A stretch of DNA of 64,000 nt from Octopus vulgaris (Eukaryota), in contig OX597818.1 in assembly GCA_951406725.2 (NCBI GenBank), positions 144,832,001-144,896,000 on the forward strand. Reading direction: 5' to 3'. This document shows, one piece after another, positions 12,917 to 24,619 of the stretch (position 1 is the first letter of the stretch; each line of letters opens with the position of its first letter). The notes beneath the pieces were generated by a model. That model searched no databases and was not told where the DNA came from. It saw nothing but the letters and a program-made list of their open reading frames with translations. The position numbers and the translations under genes are program-made.

Positions 12917-13208
12917 AACAGATCCACGTACAGACGGATAGGTACATAGGCTATATGAACAGATCCACGTACAGACGGATAGGTACATAGGCTATATGAA
13001 CAGATCCACGTACAGACGGATAGGTACATAGGCTATATAAACAGATCCCCGTACAGATGGATAGGTACATAGGCTATATAAACAGATCCCCGTACAGACG
13101 GATAGGTACATAGGCTATATGAACAGATCCACGTACAGACGGATAGGTACATAGGCTATATAAACAGATCCCCGTACAGACGGATAGGTACATAGGCTAT
13201 ATGAACAG
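12917..13208. repeat. 41-bp minisatellite, 7 copies plus a partial
   Basis: Unit aacagatcc(a/c)cgtacagacggataggtacataggctatat(g/a) starts at 12917, 12958, 12999, 13040, 13081, 13122 and 13163. Confidence 0.97.
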
Positions 13209-13459
13209 ACACATATGGATCCACGGATCCACACATACTCTCATACTCTCTCAGAATCAGTTACACTGTCCTGTGAAAGGATGGCAAGGAGATTTCCACT
13301 GTGTCCTTTTCCCATAGAAATAAGGGAAGGTTGAGTGAGGAAATAAACTCTTCTTATCCAATTTTTTTACAATACCCATCTAAAGAAAACACAGAACCTC
13401 AAGGTGTCGATGAAGTGATGTGCTGTAAAGTATGGAATGATTCCCTCTCCTCTGTGAAA

Positions 13460-13802
13460 GAAAGAAAGGCAAAGTTGACAGGATTTCAACTCAAAACATA
13501 AAGGACTCACAGCAAAGCATGTCTGTCTCTCTAATGAATCTACTAGTTCACCTCTCTTAATGGTAATAATAATCCTTTCTGCTAAAGGCACAAGGCTAGA
13601 ATTTGTGGGGAAGGGGCTAGTCAACTAGATCAACCCCAGTGTTTCACTGGTGCTTAATTTATCAACCCCAAAAGGATAAAAGGCAAAGTTGACCTTGGCG
13701 GAATTTGAACCCAGAACATAATGACGGGAGAAATACTGTGAAGCATCTTGTCTGGCATGCTAACGATTCTGCCAGCCAGCTGCCTTCATCATCATCATAA
13801 TA

Positions 13803-13842
<40 letters not shown>

Positions 13843-14395
13843 CAAATTTTGGTACAAGGCCAGCAATCTCAGGGAGTGAGTAATTCAATTACATCAACTC
13901 CAGCACTCAATCAATATTTATTTTATTGACTCTGAAAGGACGAAAGGCAAAGGCGATCTTGGCAGAATTTGAACTCAGAACGTAAAGACAGACAAAATGT
14001 TGCTAAGCATTTTGCCCAGCAGGCTAATGATTCTGCCAGCTCTTCTACTACAATTGCTGACACAAGACCAGCAATTTTAGGAGGAGGAATTAGCCAATTA
14101 CATTTGTATTTGGTATTTGGCCATACTTTATTTTGTCGACCTCTAAAAAATGAATGGCAAAGTTGATCCTGTTGGGATTTGAACTCAAAACGTTAAGGAA
14201 CCAGGAGAAATATAACTAAGCATTTTGTGCAATGGTTTCTGATTTAGGGACAAGGCCAGTAATTTTGGGGGACAGAAGGGATCAAAGGCATAATTGACCT
14301 CAGTAGAAACTGAACTCAGAACATAAGTAGCCAGGACAAGTACTGCTAAGTAAATTTTCCCAATGTTCTAACGATTGTACCAATCCATCACCCTA
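13460..14395 (-). mobile_element. Head-to-tail stack of ~5 copies of a ~210-bp SINE
   Basis: Recurrent ggcacaaggc...atcaaccccagt...aaaggcaaagttgaccttggcggaatttgaactcagaac, partly separated by (AAT)n/(GAT)n. Confidence 0.8.
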
Positions 14396-15198
14396 ATAAT
14401 AATAATAATAATAATAATAATATCCATTAAAGGCCCTGTGAGAAAAAGCTATCTACTTTCGTCATTAACTGCAGCATTGATTTTTGTTTTTTTTCATCCT
14501 GTCTGTGTAGCTTTTCAAAACACAGCAGGTAAACAGGAGAGATGAAAGCTCTGGACTGAGACAAGGGGATTAAATCAATACCAATAGCAATTAGATACCT
14601 TGCAGCTTTTATGCATGTATCTTACTTTATAGATTTTGCTTATTATTTTTACCGTTTTTTTTTTCAAATTGATTTTTTTTATATTTCACTTTTAGGTGTA
14701 AGTCATCTCAATTTACAGGACAGCAGATGACTGAGTTGTTAGGCTGTTGGCTTACTGGTTCAAGGGCTGATAGACCAGATCATATACTACTACTACGACT
14801 ACTACCACCACCACCACCACCACCACCACTACTTCTACTGCTGTTATACAAATCCTTCATTAATATGTTTGCCTGATAATTACCCTCAGATCTTACTGAG
14901 TTGAAAGCAATACAAGCAAGAATAATTTGTGTATTGAATAAACAGCATTGTACAGAGTGTGTAAAGCTCCTGTAGCATGTAAACACATAGCAAACTGAGT
15001 GTGTAACACAAATTCACAATTGTTTATGGCCAGCTATCAGCCTCCGTTAATGCCCACAGGAAGGACATAAACCACACAGCTTCCCAAACCCATCACATTA
15101 TAAAGGACATCACTGATCAGGAAAGCTCAAATAATGATGTTGAAAAACTTGGTGTACTGAGTTGAATCTTCAACATGAAACACAAATACACTCTACAA

Positions 15199-16113
15199 CG
15201 AAGGTGGGCTGAAATGTTCACAGGCTGACTCTGAAGGAGGGATGCAAGAGCTGTGAAACCTTGCATGCATTAATTTCAGCTCTTCTTATTAATAACTACA
15301 TTGTTTCTTTCCAGGTAAACTGACATCTGACTGTTCAAAGAAGCCTCCAAAAGTATCTATTAGTGACTTCTCTAGAAAATTGACAAAATTTGGTCTGTGG
15401 TGTTATCAAGTACCTGCAGAAAAAGGGTTTAGTCCTGACGGATATTCATGCTGACAAGATTGCTACATTAGGGGATGATGCTCCAGCTTCATCAACAGTG
15501 CAAATGTGAGCAGCTGAACTTAGGAGGAGAAGGGAGAGTCTCAAAGACGATCCAGTGTCTGGACATCCTGCAACTACCACAACTGAAGAAAACAGGTGAT
15601 TGACTAAAAATCAAATAACCAATGCTATTAGCATCTCTTTTGAGAAAGTTGAGAATATTCTGTACAATGAACTTGGTATGATGAAGGTTTCTGCTTGGTG
15701 GATGCCCCATCTTCTGACACCTGATCAAAAGCACACTAGGCTGACCATATCACAGGAAAATATGACATTGTTCCAGGCAGGTCCAGCTAGTTTCCTTGAA
15801 CATTTCCTAACCCAAGATGAGTGTTGGATTCATCACTTTGGATCAGAGACAAACAGACAATCCATGCAATGGAAACATTTCACCTAATCTGCTCCAAAGA
15901 AGGTGAAGGTCATTTCATCTGCAGGGAAGGTGATGGCTTCAGTTTTTTGGGATGCAAAAGGTATTGTATTTATTGGATATCTTCAAATGGGCCACACCAT
16001 TCATGGAGATTACTATACCAACTTGCTGAAGTGGTTATGAAAGGTTATCAAGAACAAACCCAAGAAAATTGATGAGAGGGGTCTTGTCACATCAGGACAA
16101 TGCCCCAGTACAT
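15199..16113 (+). mobile_element. Tc1/mariner transposase relic (mariner family), 3'-truncated
   Basis: KVSAWWMPHLLT (WVPxxL linker), FLTQDECWIHH (first D), SAGKVMASVFWDAKGIVFI and HQDNAPVH (second D); frameshifts and stops; TIR-like start near 15199. Confidence 0.92.
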
Positions 16114-16387
16114 TAGTCTTTCTTCTGGAGGCAATTCTGTGACATGCTAATTAACCATAGTTGGAATCCTGGCAGGTGTTACTACTTTGGCCCAAATAGA
16201 CCTAGCAATAATAGGGACCTTAAAACCTTGGAACTCCCAAACCATATTCATTGAACAATAAATCCTGTTTCACTGTACACAACCAAAGACTCACTACCTG
16301 TTAGCAGGTGCTTGCAAACATCTTTTCAGGAACTTAAAACAATACCCCCAAATCTCCACTCATTCTTCTAACGGCTGTATCATTAGG

Positions 16388-16925
16388 ACTGCTATGATTA
16401 ATATCAGTACAATGAAAGCTTGGTCATGTGAGATAGTTGAATTACTAGAGTGGAGGTATGTAGATGTGCTGTGTGCTACATATAAGAAGGAGGGGAGCCT
16501 CTATTAGACTCCTCATAGGAAAGGAATGGGGGCACAAACTCTTCTAGGAAGGTAACAGTGAACATGGGTGCTGTAGACATAGTCTCAGCAGTGAAATGGG
16601 TAGATAAGGTGATAGAGGTATGATAGAATTGTTAACCTAAGACTAGTATTAGATTCTACAACTGTAACAATAATGTCAGCATATGGTAGATGAACAAAAG
16701 AGCCATTTCTATGAGGCCCTTCAGCAGATTGTATAAATGATGGATGACAATGGATGACAAAGACCTTATTATCATGGCTGGTGATTTCAACAGACATGTT
16801 GGGCAGCACTGAAATAGATTTTATGGTGTACATGTAGGTTATGGCTTTGATTCTAGAAATTAGGAATGAACAAGGTTGATAGAGTTCTGTGATGTAAATA
16901 GATAGTTGATCTGCAACATGTATAG
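16388..16925 (+). mobile_element. Degraded RTE-type apurinic endonuclease fragment
   Basis: Remnants EIVELLE..YVDV, IIMAGDFNRHVG, GYGFDSRN and RLIEFC. Confidence 0.75.
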
Positions 16926-16959
16926 GCACCTCAGCTCTACAGAAAGAGATGGAAAATAT

Positions 16960-18170
16960 TGATTACATTGAAATAGAGGAAACTGATGTAATATCAGCCA
17001 TTGATGGATTTCCAGCAATCCTCTAAAAGAAATGCAAAGGGGCTCTAGCAAGGTCACTACAAATCCCCACCAAAAATTCCTTGCAACTGAGAGACTTCCC
17101 AAAAAGTTAAAGGAAAACGTAACATGCCCTATCCATAAAGGAGGTAGTAGAACAGATGCTAAAAATGATAGGACCAAACTCTCATGGAATGTTATGTCAT
17201 AAGCTATGGAGACTTGGCATAATCGGAAAACTCTCCAAGGAGACAGTAATAGTGAGTGGAGTGTCTCAGGGCCACTGCAATTTACGGTGACTCATTTGGA
17301 CATGCCATCAGTTACACAGACAGTCACATTTACTAGTTATACTGATGACACAAAAATATTACAAGCAGTCAAGAAACCTCTTGATGTTAATCTTCTACAG
17401 AAGGACTGAGATGCCACAAATAAATGTGGCAGAAGAAAACAGAATGCAATTAAAAGAAGGAAAATTCCAAACCCTCCACCCTCAACTAGCTTGTACAAAT
17501 ATGCTGTAACAAGGATACTTTGGACCAAAAGAGGTGGTAATTCCAGAGTCAAATACAGTGTGTGATCTGGGGATTGATATGAGCAACAACACCTCGTTTC
17601 ACATACATATCACTAAAATGGTGGTAGAGTGCAGGTGAATGGCTGGCTGGATTCTGATGACTTTCAGAACAAGAGACCAGGAAACTATGTTGGTTCTATG
17701 GAGGACATTTGTCCTCAGCTGTCTGGACTACTGCTCTTAACTGTGGTCACCCCACAGTGTCAAATTAACTTGTGGTTTTTCAGTGGTGCTACGTCAGGAA
17801 GATTGCATCAACAGAAAGAGCTACAATTTTAGTCCCTGGAGCAAAGACAGTGATATATGCAGTGGTATACATATAAAAGATCCTTGAAGGATTGGCACCA
17901 AACTTTGGCATTGAGAGTTCTACCAACCCATGAGTTGGACATCATTGCACAGTTCCAAAGGTCATAGCCATCCCATCTAGTACCACAACAGTTTGAGATT
18001 CAAGGGCCTATGACTATTTAATACCTTGCTAAAACATTAGAGAGATATACATGGAATAGGGGTAGATGTTTTCAAGAAATAACTTGACACCTGCTGTTCA
18101 AGGCCCCAAATGAACCTTCATCATGACAAGAAACTCAAAAGAGGGCAGCTGTGCTGAACTCTCCTTCACC
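16960..18170 (+). mobile_element. Degraded CR1/L2-group LINE reverse transcriptase and 3' region
   Basis: SGVSQG/GPL remnant, YTDDTKILQAV...LLQKD (ORF 17206-17409), KFQ, DLGIDMS, LDYCS. Confidence 0.75.
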
Positions 18171-18429
18171 AAAAGCCAATCACATAAGAATGGCCATTAA
18201 AAGGTGATAACACTGGCAGTGCCTTAGCATGGCCAGAGCCTTTGAGCTGAAACATATAAAAGAATTAAAAAATTTTGTCAAAAGATTAAAATTCAAACAT
18301 CTGAAGTTTTCAAATGCTTACGTGTGAGAAGAAGAACATTAAAAATGAAAGCAGGAAATAAATACTGTATAGAAATAAAACAAAAGACAGCCCTTCGTAA
18401 GCTTATAAAAGAAAAAAAAAAAACCTTTG

Positions 18430-18475
<46 letters not shown>

Positions 18476-18692
18476 GAAGGTACTGATAGTTGTAAGTGGG
18501 TAAGTTGTTCTTTAAATAACTTGCAGGATGACACAATTTATAATTGATTAACCAACTGGAAACTGGTGATTTACGGAGTCAATTAACCATAACAGAACTG
18601 GAACCTTACTCTCAACAAGAGGAAGGAAGTAGCTACTGTGTTACAAAAGAATAAATGGCTGTATATTTGCGTGTATGTCATAAACACGTAGG

Positions 18693-18745
<53 letters not shown>

Positions 18746-18879
18746 GTGTGTGTATGTGTGTTGTGCCTAGGAAGGGTCATTATGCCAATAAATACGAAGA
18801 GGAAGTATATATGTATGAATAGAAAAATGCATGTGTGTGTATGTATGTATGTATGTATGTATGTTTATGGTGGCTCTCT

Positions 18880-19415
18880 CAGACACACCCTCAGCCATAC
18901 AGTAAACCACTCTGGACTCTGATGACATACTAAAACTGCAAAATGACCTGAATGCAATATAAAAATGGATGGGCTGATGAAAATAAGATGCAGTGGAAGG
19001 CTGAGAAGTTTCAAGCCCTCCACTGTCAGCGCACAAACAGACTACAATTGGAATATACAGGGCCAGGGAGTAGTGCAATTCCAGAGTCTGAGTTGGTGTG
19101 TGGCCAGGGAATCTACATGAGTGATGATGCAACATTCCATGTGCATATTACCAAGATGGTAACACTGTGCAGGTAAGGAGCTGAATGGATTCTGAGATCA
19201 TTTAGAAGCAGAAAAAAGGACACCATCCTCCTCCTACGGAGAACTGTCATTCTCAGTCATCTGGATTACTACTCCCAACTGGGGTCAATGCAGAGCACCA
19301 AACGGTGGCAGAACTTGAGGCAATTCAGTGCCACTTCACAAAGAATATTGACTCTGTGTAACAGATGAACTACTGGGAAAGACTAAAGAAATTAAAGCAC
19401 TTCACTCTAGAGAAA
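18880..19415 (+). mobile_element. Second CR1/L2-group RT C-terminal fragment related to 17340-17850
   Basis: KLQNDLNAI..WADENKMQWKAEKFQALH, HVHITKMV, LDYYSQL. Confidence 0.75.
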
Positions 19416-19426
19416 CGACGACGACG

Positions 19427-19620
19427 ACATTGAAAAATACCTTAGGAATGAGAACCCAGATTCGAAATTTCCCCAAGACACCTGATGAAGGCTGGAGGGT
19501 TTATCAGCCGAAATGTTTTGTTAACAACAAACAAGACGAGGACAAATATCTGTCAAATGTAAATAATGTAAATAATATAAATAATGTACATAATTCCTAA
19601 TCTCTTAAAAATAGAACTGT
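19427..19620 (+). mobile_element. Headless copy of the hammerhead SINE tail (HHR at ~19477-19521, stem III mutated)
   Basis: cattgaaaaataccttaggaatgagaaccc...gacacCTGATGAaggctggagggtttatcagccGAAAtgtt...tagaactgt. Confidence 0.85.
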
Positions 19621-19635
19621 ATTATATATATATTT

Positions 19636-19666
<31 letters not shown>

Positions 19667-19879
19667 CACAGCAAGAGAGAGAGAGAGAGTGAGAGAGGAG
19701 GGAGAAAGGGTAGGGGTCAGCAATAGCTGTTTGCTTAATGACTTCTACTTCTACTTCATGTGTCTTCTGCAAAACCACTTCCTTTGAGACTGTTTTAGAT
19801 GCAGGCATAAATGTGTATCAATCTTGACTGACTAAAGCCTTGTGAATGGATTTGGCAGAAGGAAACTGAAAGAAGCTTG

Positions 19880-19932
<53 letters not shown>

Positions 19933-19935
<3 letters not shown>

Positions 19936-20999
19936 TCATCATCATCATCATCATCGTTTAGCGTCCGCTTTCCATGCTAGCATGGGTTGGACGGGTCAAC
20001 TGGGGTCTGTGAAGCTGGAAGGCTTCGTCAGGCCCAGTCAGATCTGGCAGTGTTTCTACGGCTGGATGCCCTTCCTAACGCCAACCACTCCGCGAGTGTA
20101 GTGGGTGTTTTTTACGTGCCACCTGCACAGGTGCCAGACAAAGCTGGCAAACGGCCACGAACGGATGGTGCTTTTACGTGCCACCGACATGGGGCCAGAC
20201 AGAGCTGGCAAACGGCCACGAACGGATGGTGCTTTTACGTGCCACCGACACGGGGCCAGACAAAGCTGGCAAACGGCCACGAACGGACGGTGCTTTTACG
20301 TGTCACCGGCACGGGGCCAGGCGAGGCTGGCAACGAACACGAACGGATGGTGCTTTTACGTGCCACCGACACGGGGCCAGGCAGAGCTGGCAAACGGCCA
20401 CGAGCGAATGGTGCTTTTACGTATCACCGGCACGGGTGCCAGACGAGGCTGACAGCGGACACAAACGGATGGGTCACTTAACCCCTGCTTTCTGATATAT
20501 GATTTAATTTTGATTGTTCTCACTGGTTTTGCCGGGTCTTCTCACGTACAGCATACTTCCATAGGTCTCGGTCTCTGGTCATTTCCTTGGTGAGACCTAG
20601 AGTTCGAAGGTCGTGCTTCACAACCTTGACCCAGGTTTTCCTGGGTCGACCTCTTCCACAGGTCCCCTCAACTGCCAGGGTGTGGCACTTTTTCACACAC
20701 CTATCTTCATCCATTCTCACCACATGACCATACCAGCGCAATCGTCTCTCTTGCACACAACATCTGATTCCTCTTAGGTCCAACTTTTCTCTCAAGGTAC
20801 TTACACTCTGTCGACTATGAACACTGACATTACACATCCAACGGAGCATACTAGCGTCATTTCTCGTGAGCTTACGCATGTCCTCAGCAGTCACGGCCCA
20901 TGTTTCACTGCCATGTAGCATGGCTGTTCGTACACATGCATCATACAGTCTGCCTTTTACTCTGAGCGAGAGGCCTTTAGTCACCAACAGAGGTAAGAG
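19933..20999 (-). mobile_element. Young 5'-truncated RTE LINE: ORF C-terminus, 3' UTR and (GAT)n tail
   Basis: Open frame LLPLLVTKG...MLHGSETW...RRLRWYGHVVRM...GRGRPRKTW...DRDLW to the stop at 20520; flanked on both sides by (TA)n. Confidence 0.93.
20110..20450. repeat. ~61-bp GC-rich tandem repeat in the RTE 3' UTR (5-6 units)
   Basis: acggccacgaacggatggtgcttttacgtgccaccgacacggggccagacagagctggcaa recurs every 60-61 bp; also at 53160-53365. Confidence 0.92.
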
Positions 21000-21030
<31 letters not shown>

Positions 21031-21424
21031 TATATGAGAGTGTGCATACACATGTCTTGAATCATGTGTCGACTAAGATTAACATCACCATCATATAAGT
21101 AATGTTGTTCATTTCTAGTCTTTCATGATATATTACCTTGCTTGGAAACAGGTGAAGATTGTTGATAGGAAGGGCATCCAGCTGTAGAAAATCTCTCAAC
21201 TACTTCCATCTGCCCCATGCAGGCATGGAAAAGTGGATGTTAAATGATGATGATGCACACATACACACACAATTTCAAAATGTACAGACATTTCTTAAGC
21301 ACTCCCCCACTATGCCATCTGAGTAACACTTTGTAATGAGGAGTGGCATCAGATCTGGCCGCATTCAATCATCCCCTCTATTTTTATTGTTAACACTCCA
21401 TCTCTGTTTTTCTCTCTCTTCCTG

Positions 21425-21457
<33 letters not shown>

Positions 21458-22499
21458 ACCTCCTCTTCAGTCACCAGGTCACCCTCCTGTATCTCTTCCA
21501 TGATGCTACTCATGCTGGCTTTTATTCCATTGTCTCAACAAGTAACCGTGTACCAGTTTATAATGCACTCAATGCCACTTCTCTGTTACATCACCTTCAC
21601 ACTTCCCTCTTATTCTCTCATCTAACACCCTTTTACTTTGGTTCTCCTCCTCTCCAGTTTTTGTGGGGTAGAGATGACTCTTTAGTCTGGCAGTAGACAA
21701 GGAAGCCTCACTAGTGCTGGTGCCACAATAATAAACAGCACTTGTTCATACGGTAAAATAAGTGGCATTAGGAAAGGTATCCAGGCATAGACTCAATGTC
21801 TAAAATGGAATGCATGAATGGGACATAATCCCAACTCACCTAGGAAGCAGTAATTCCAAGTAAGAACTGACTTAGAGTGATAACCCACTAATCCATGCCA
21901 GCTTATGGGAGCAGATATATGGTATTGATGATTTTGATTTGTGTATTTCTTTATTGCTGCTAGTTTGTTGCAAAGTATTATTTAATTTGAGATCACACAT
22001 TGGAAAGAAATGCTGCATCTTTATGAAGTTCGATCAGGCATTTACTAAGCATACACACTCACACAGATTATTAATTCCATTGTTTCTTTTTCACAGTCAA
22101 TACTCTTTCACCATACATTTATTAACAGCCTTCCCTCTGATACTTTATAATCCACTGCATGCGAATACAGATCCGCTGGCTTAAAAGAGTGTCAGTGGTC
22201 AGAGCATGGCTAATGAACAGATTAACAAGAATAGTAGATGAAAGAAGACAGTGATGATGATAATGACAATTGTTGTGATGATGATGAAAAGTGATATCAT
22301 TGATAATGCTGATGAGGATCACAATAATGATAGTGCAAGCAACAATACACACAAACACGGTTCTGCTTCTCTGCACTTTTCCACTCAAAGGTATTAACCT
22401 TCATTCTGAGCCTGCTTCTCTTCCATTCTGGTCTTCTGATAAACAAACCATATTTTTGTATCTATGACAACCAAATGAAGATTACTGTAAAATAAACTG

Positions 22500-22760
22500 C
22501 TGCACTAACAACACCTAGTTTCTCATAATGAAACATTGGTGGATTCCTGTTATACTGAATCATAACAGCTTGAACTGACTGGGTTCTCTCTGACTTCACC
22601 AAAGTATTTAAGTTATGAACCCAAGTTACCAACGCTAGTGTACATCAAAGATCAGTCATGTCTCCCATATTCTTTCTTCTCTACAGTGACAAGTTTCACA
22701 CTTCGATGTAGATGGTACTAACTTTCACTCCTGTACACAGTTTCTATCTAAGGGTTACTT
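22500..22760 (+). mobile_element. Very degraded LINE RT fragment
   Basis: NASVHQRSVMSPIFFLLY resembles the GVPQGSVLSP.LFLLY motif. Confidence 0.4.
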
Positions 22761-22937
22761 AAATATCGTATGATATCAACCATAACCTGAAACCATAAAC
22801 GATGTTTGAGGACATCCTTCATTGAGGCTATCACAGCCTCTTCAACAACACAAGGACACAATCACTACATCTGCCACTGGAACAGAATTGTGCCACACAT
22901 TCATCACCATTGCCCTGCAGCAGATCTACTGATCAAA

Positions 22938-23038
22938 CAGGTAGTGATTCAACTGTAAGAGCAAGGTCATCAGCATAGAGGAGCTCCCAGGGGCAGCCTG
23001 TCTTGAATTCCTCTGTTACTGCCTGGAGGACTATGATG
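22938..23038 (-). mobile_element. RTE RT catalytic-motif fragment
   Basis: Minus strand IIVLQAVTEEFKTGCPWELLYADDLALTVESLP. Confidence 0.85.
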
Positions 23039-24619
23039 CTTCTCTTTCCCTTCCTGTTACCTCCACTGTGTCTCATCTTCCATATTTCATATGAAACACC
23101 TTTCCTTGTCCTACTTTTCCAATGAGGTATTTGCTATATGCCATATTAGAAGCATATAAACTTGTTAGAAATAACAGCCAAATCTTCTTCAGCTCACACT
23201 CCAAATAAATTCTGATATAAACAACTGCCCTGAGCACACAAATACAATACACTGTCTCTTCTCTGCAATCTTGCCATAATTAGATGGTTTTGCTCACTCT
23301 GGAAATATCAATTGGTGGCAGAAGCAGGTTTTAAGGGATTTCTCATTTGAGATGAGGCTTTTCATCAATAATTGTCATTTGATGACCCATTTCCTATAAA
23401 CGCAGAAACCAACTAAATAAGATATTCTGTTTCCAAAACATCTACTTTCTTTTACTTGTTTTTGTCAGTGGACTGCAGCCATTGCTGGACGACTGCCTTG
23501 AAAGATTTTCTCCATCAAAGTCATCCCAGTATTTATTCTTTAAAGTCTGGTACTTATTCTTTTTTAAAGTTACAAAGACATAAACAAAGCGAAACTGGTG
23601 TTCAAATAGTGAGAGACAAAAGTAAAGATGCATGGACACATCCACGCATGCACACAACACACACACACACACACACACACACAATGGATTTCCACACAGT
23701 TCTTGTCTATTTTATACATGTCTCTATTTTCACATTGTAGAGACATTGCACTGCAACAGATCTACTGATCAAAAAAGGTAGTGATTCAACTAAAAGACTT
23801 ATTTGGACAAGACTTATTTGAGGCAGCATTTTGTAGTTGGATGTCCTTCCTGCCTGGAGACCAACAGGATATATTGTCAACTGGAAATGCTATCATTACA
23901 TTACTGTTTCATTCAGACTAGTGAAGTGGAATGTCAACACACACACACACAGAAGTAGACCTCTCCATTACCTTCCTATCCTTATAAGTACTCTTGGTTC
24001 TCTCATTCCGGTTTCTAACATGATCAGCCCTGACACTGAGGAGACTGTCATTTTTATATATGAACACACACACAACAGTTTCTATACAGTTTTTGCCAAC
24101 CAATTCCACCTAGGTACAAAGTATCAGTTGGCCAAAGGTTCCAATAAAAGACACTTCTCCAATGGGTCACACAGAGAGGTGCAAACAAAAACTATTTGGT
24201 TATGAAACAAACTCAGCATACATTACAGCCAAGCCTCTACCTATACCTTCTGTAATTAGCGATGTCTGTAAAATTTCCCTGCTTCAGTAGGATAGGTTTG
24301 TGTGTTTCGAAGATCTCAAAGACTATGCAAGCGGAAAAAATTTCTCTGCTAGCAGAGAACCTCAAGCCAAACTAGCCAAAAATGGGATGCAAAGTGTATT
24401 AACTCAACCTTTTCATACACATGAACAAAAAGTGAGTTGAGATCATTAAAGTCATACTAAACAACAATTGTGATCGAAAATTGAATCAGTGAGCATGACA
24501 GAAAATGTCTATATGGAAGAGAGAGCTGGTGCTGCTGCTGCACACACTCTATTCTCAAGACAAGACCTGAAGACAAATATACAGTCGATGGCTGTAATTA
24601 ACATATGATATGTAATATT

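Noticed and set aside
12917-13208. Regular repeats suggesting a CRISPR array
   Set aside because: Units are contiguous with no unique spacers, no cas genes, and a eukaryotic context
19987-20495. Overlapping 100-160 aa repetitive ORFs (also 53037-53452)
   Set aside because: Antisense read-through of the GC-rich 61-bp repeat in the RTE 3' UTR
22200-22392. Acidic Asp/Asn-rich stretch ending in a possible donor site
   Set aside because: Stops in all plus frames; consistent with degenerate (GAT)n sequence
24400-24450. Short hairpin and bantam-like TGAGATCATT word
   Set aside because: Stem is too short for a pre-miRNA and the match is only 10 nt
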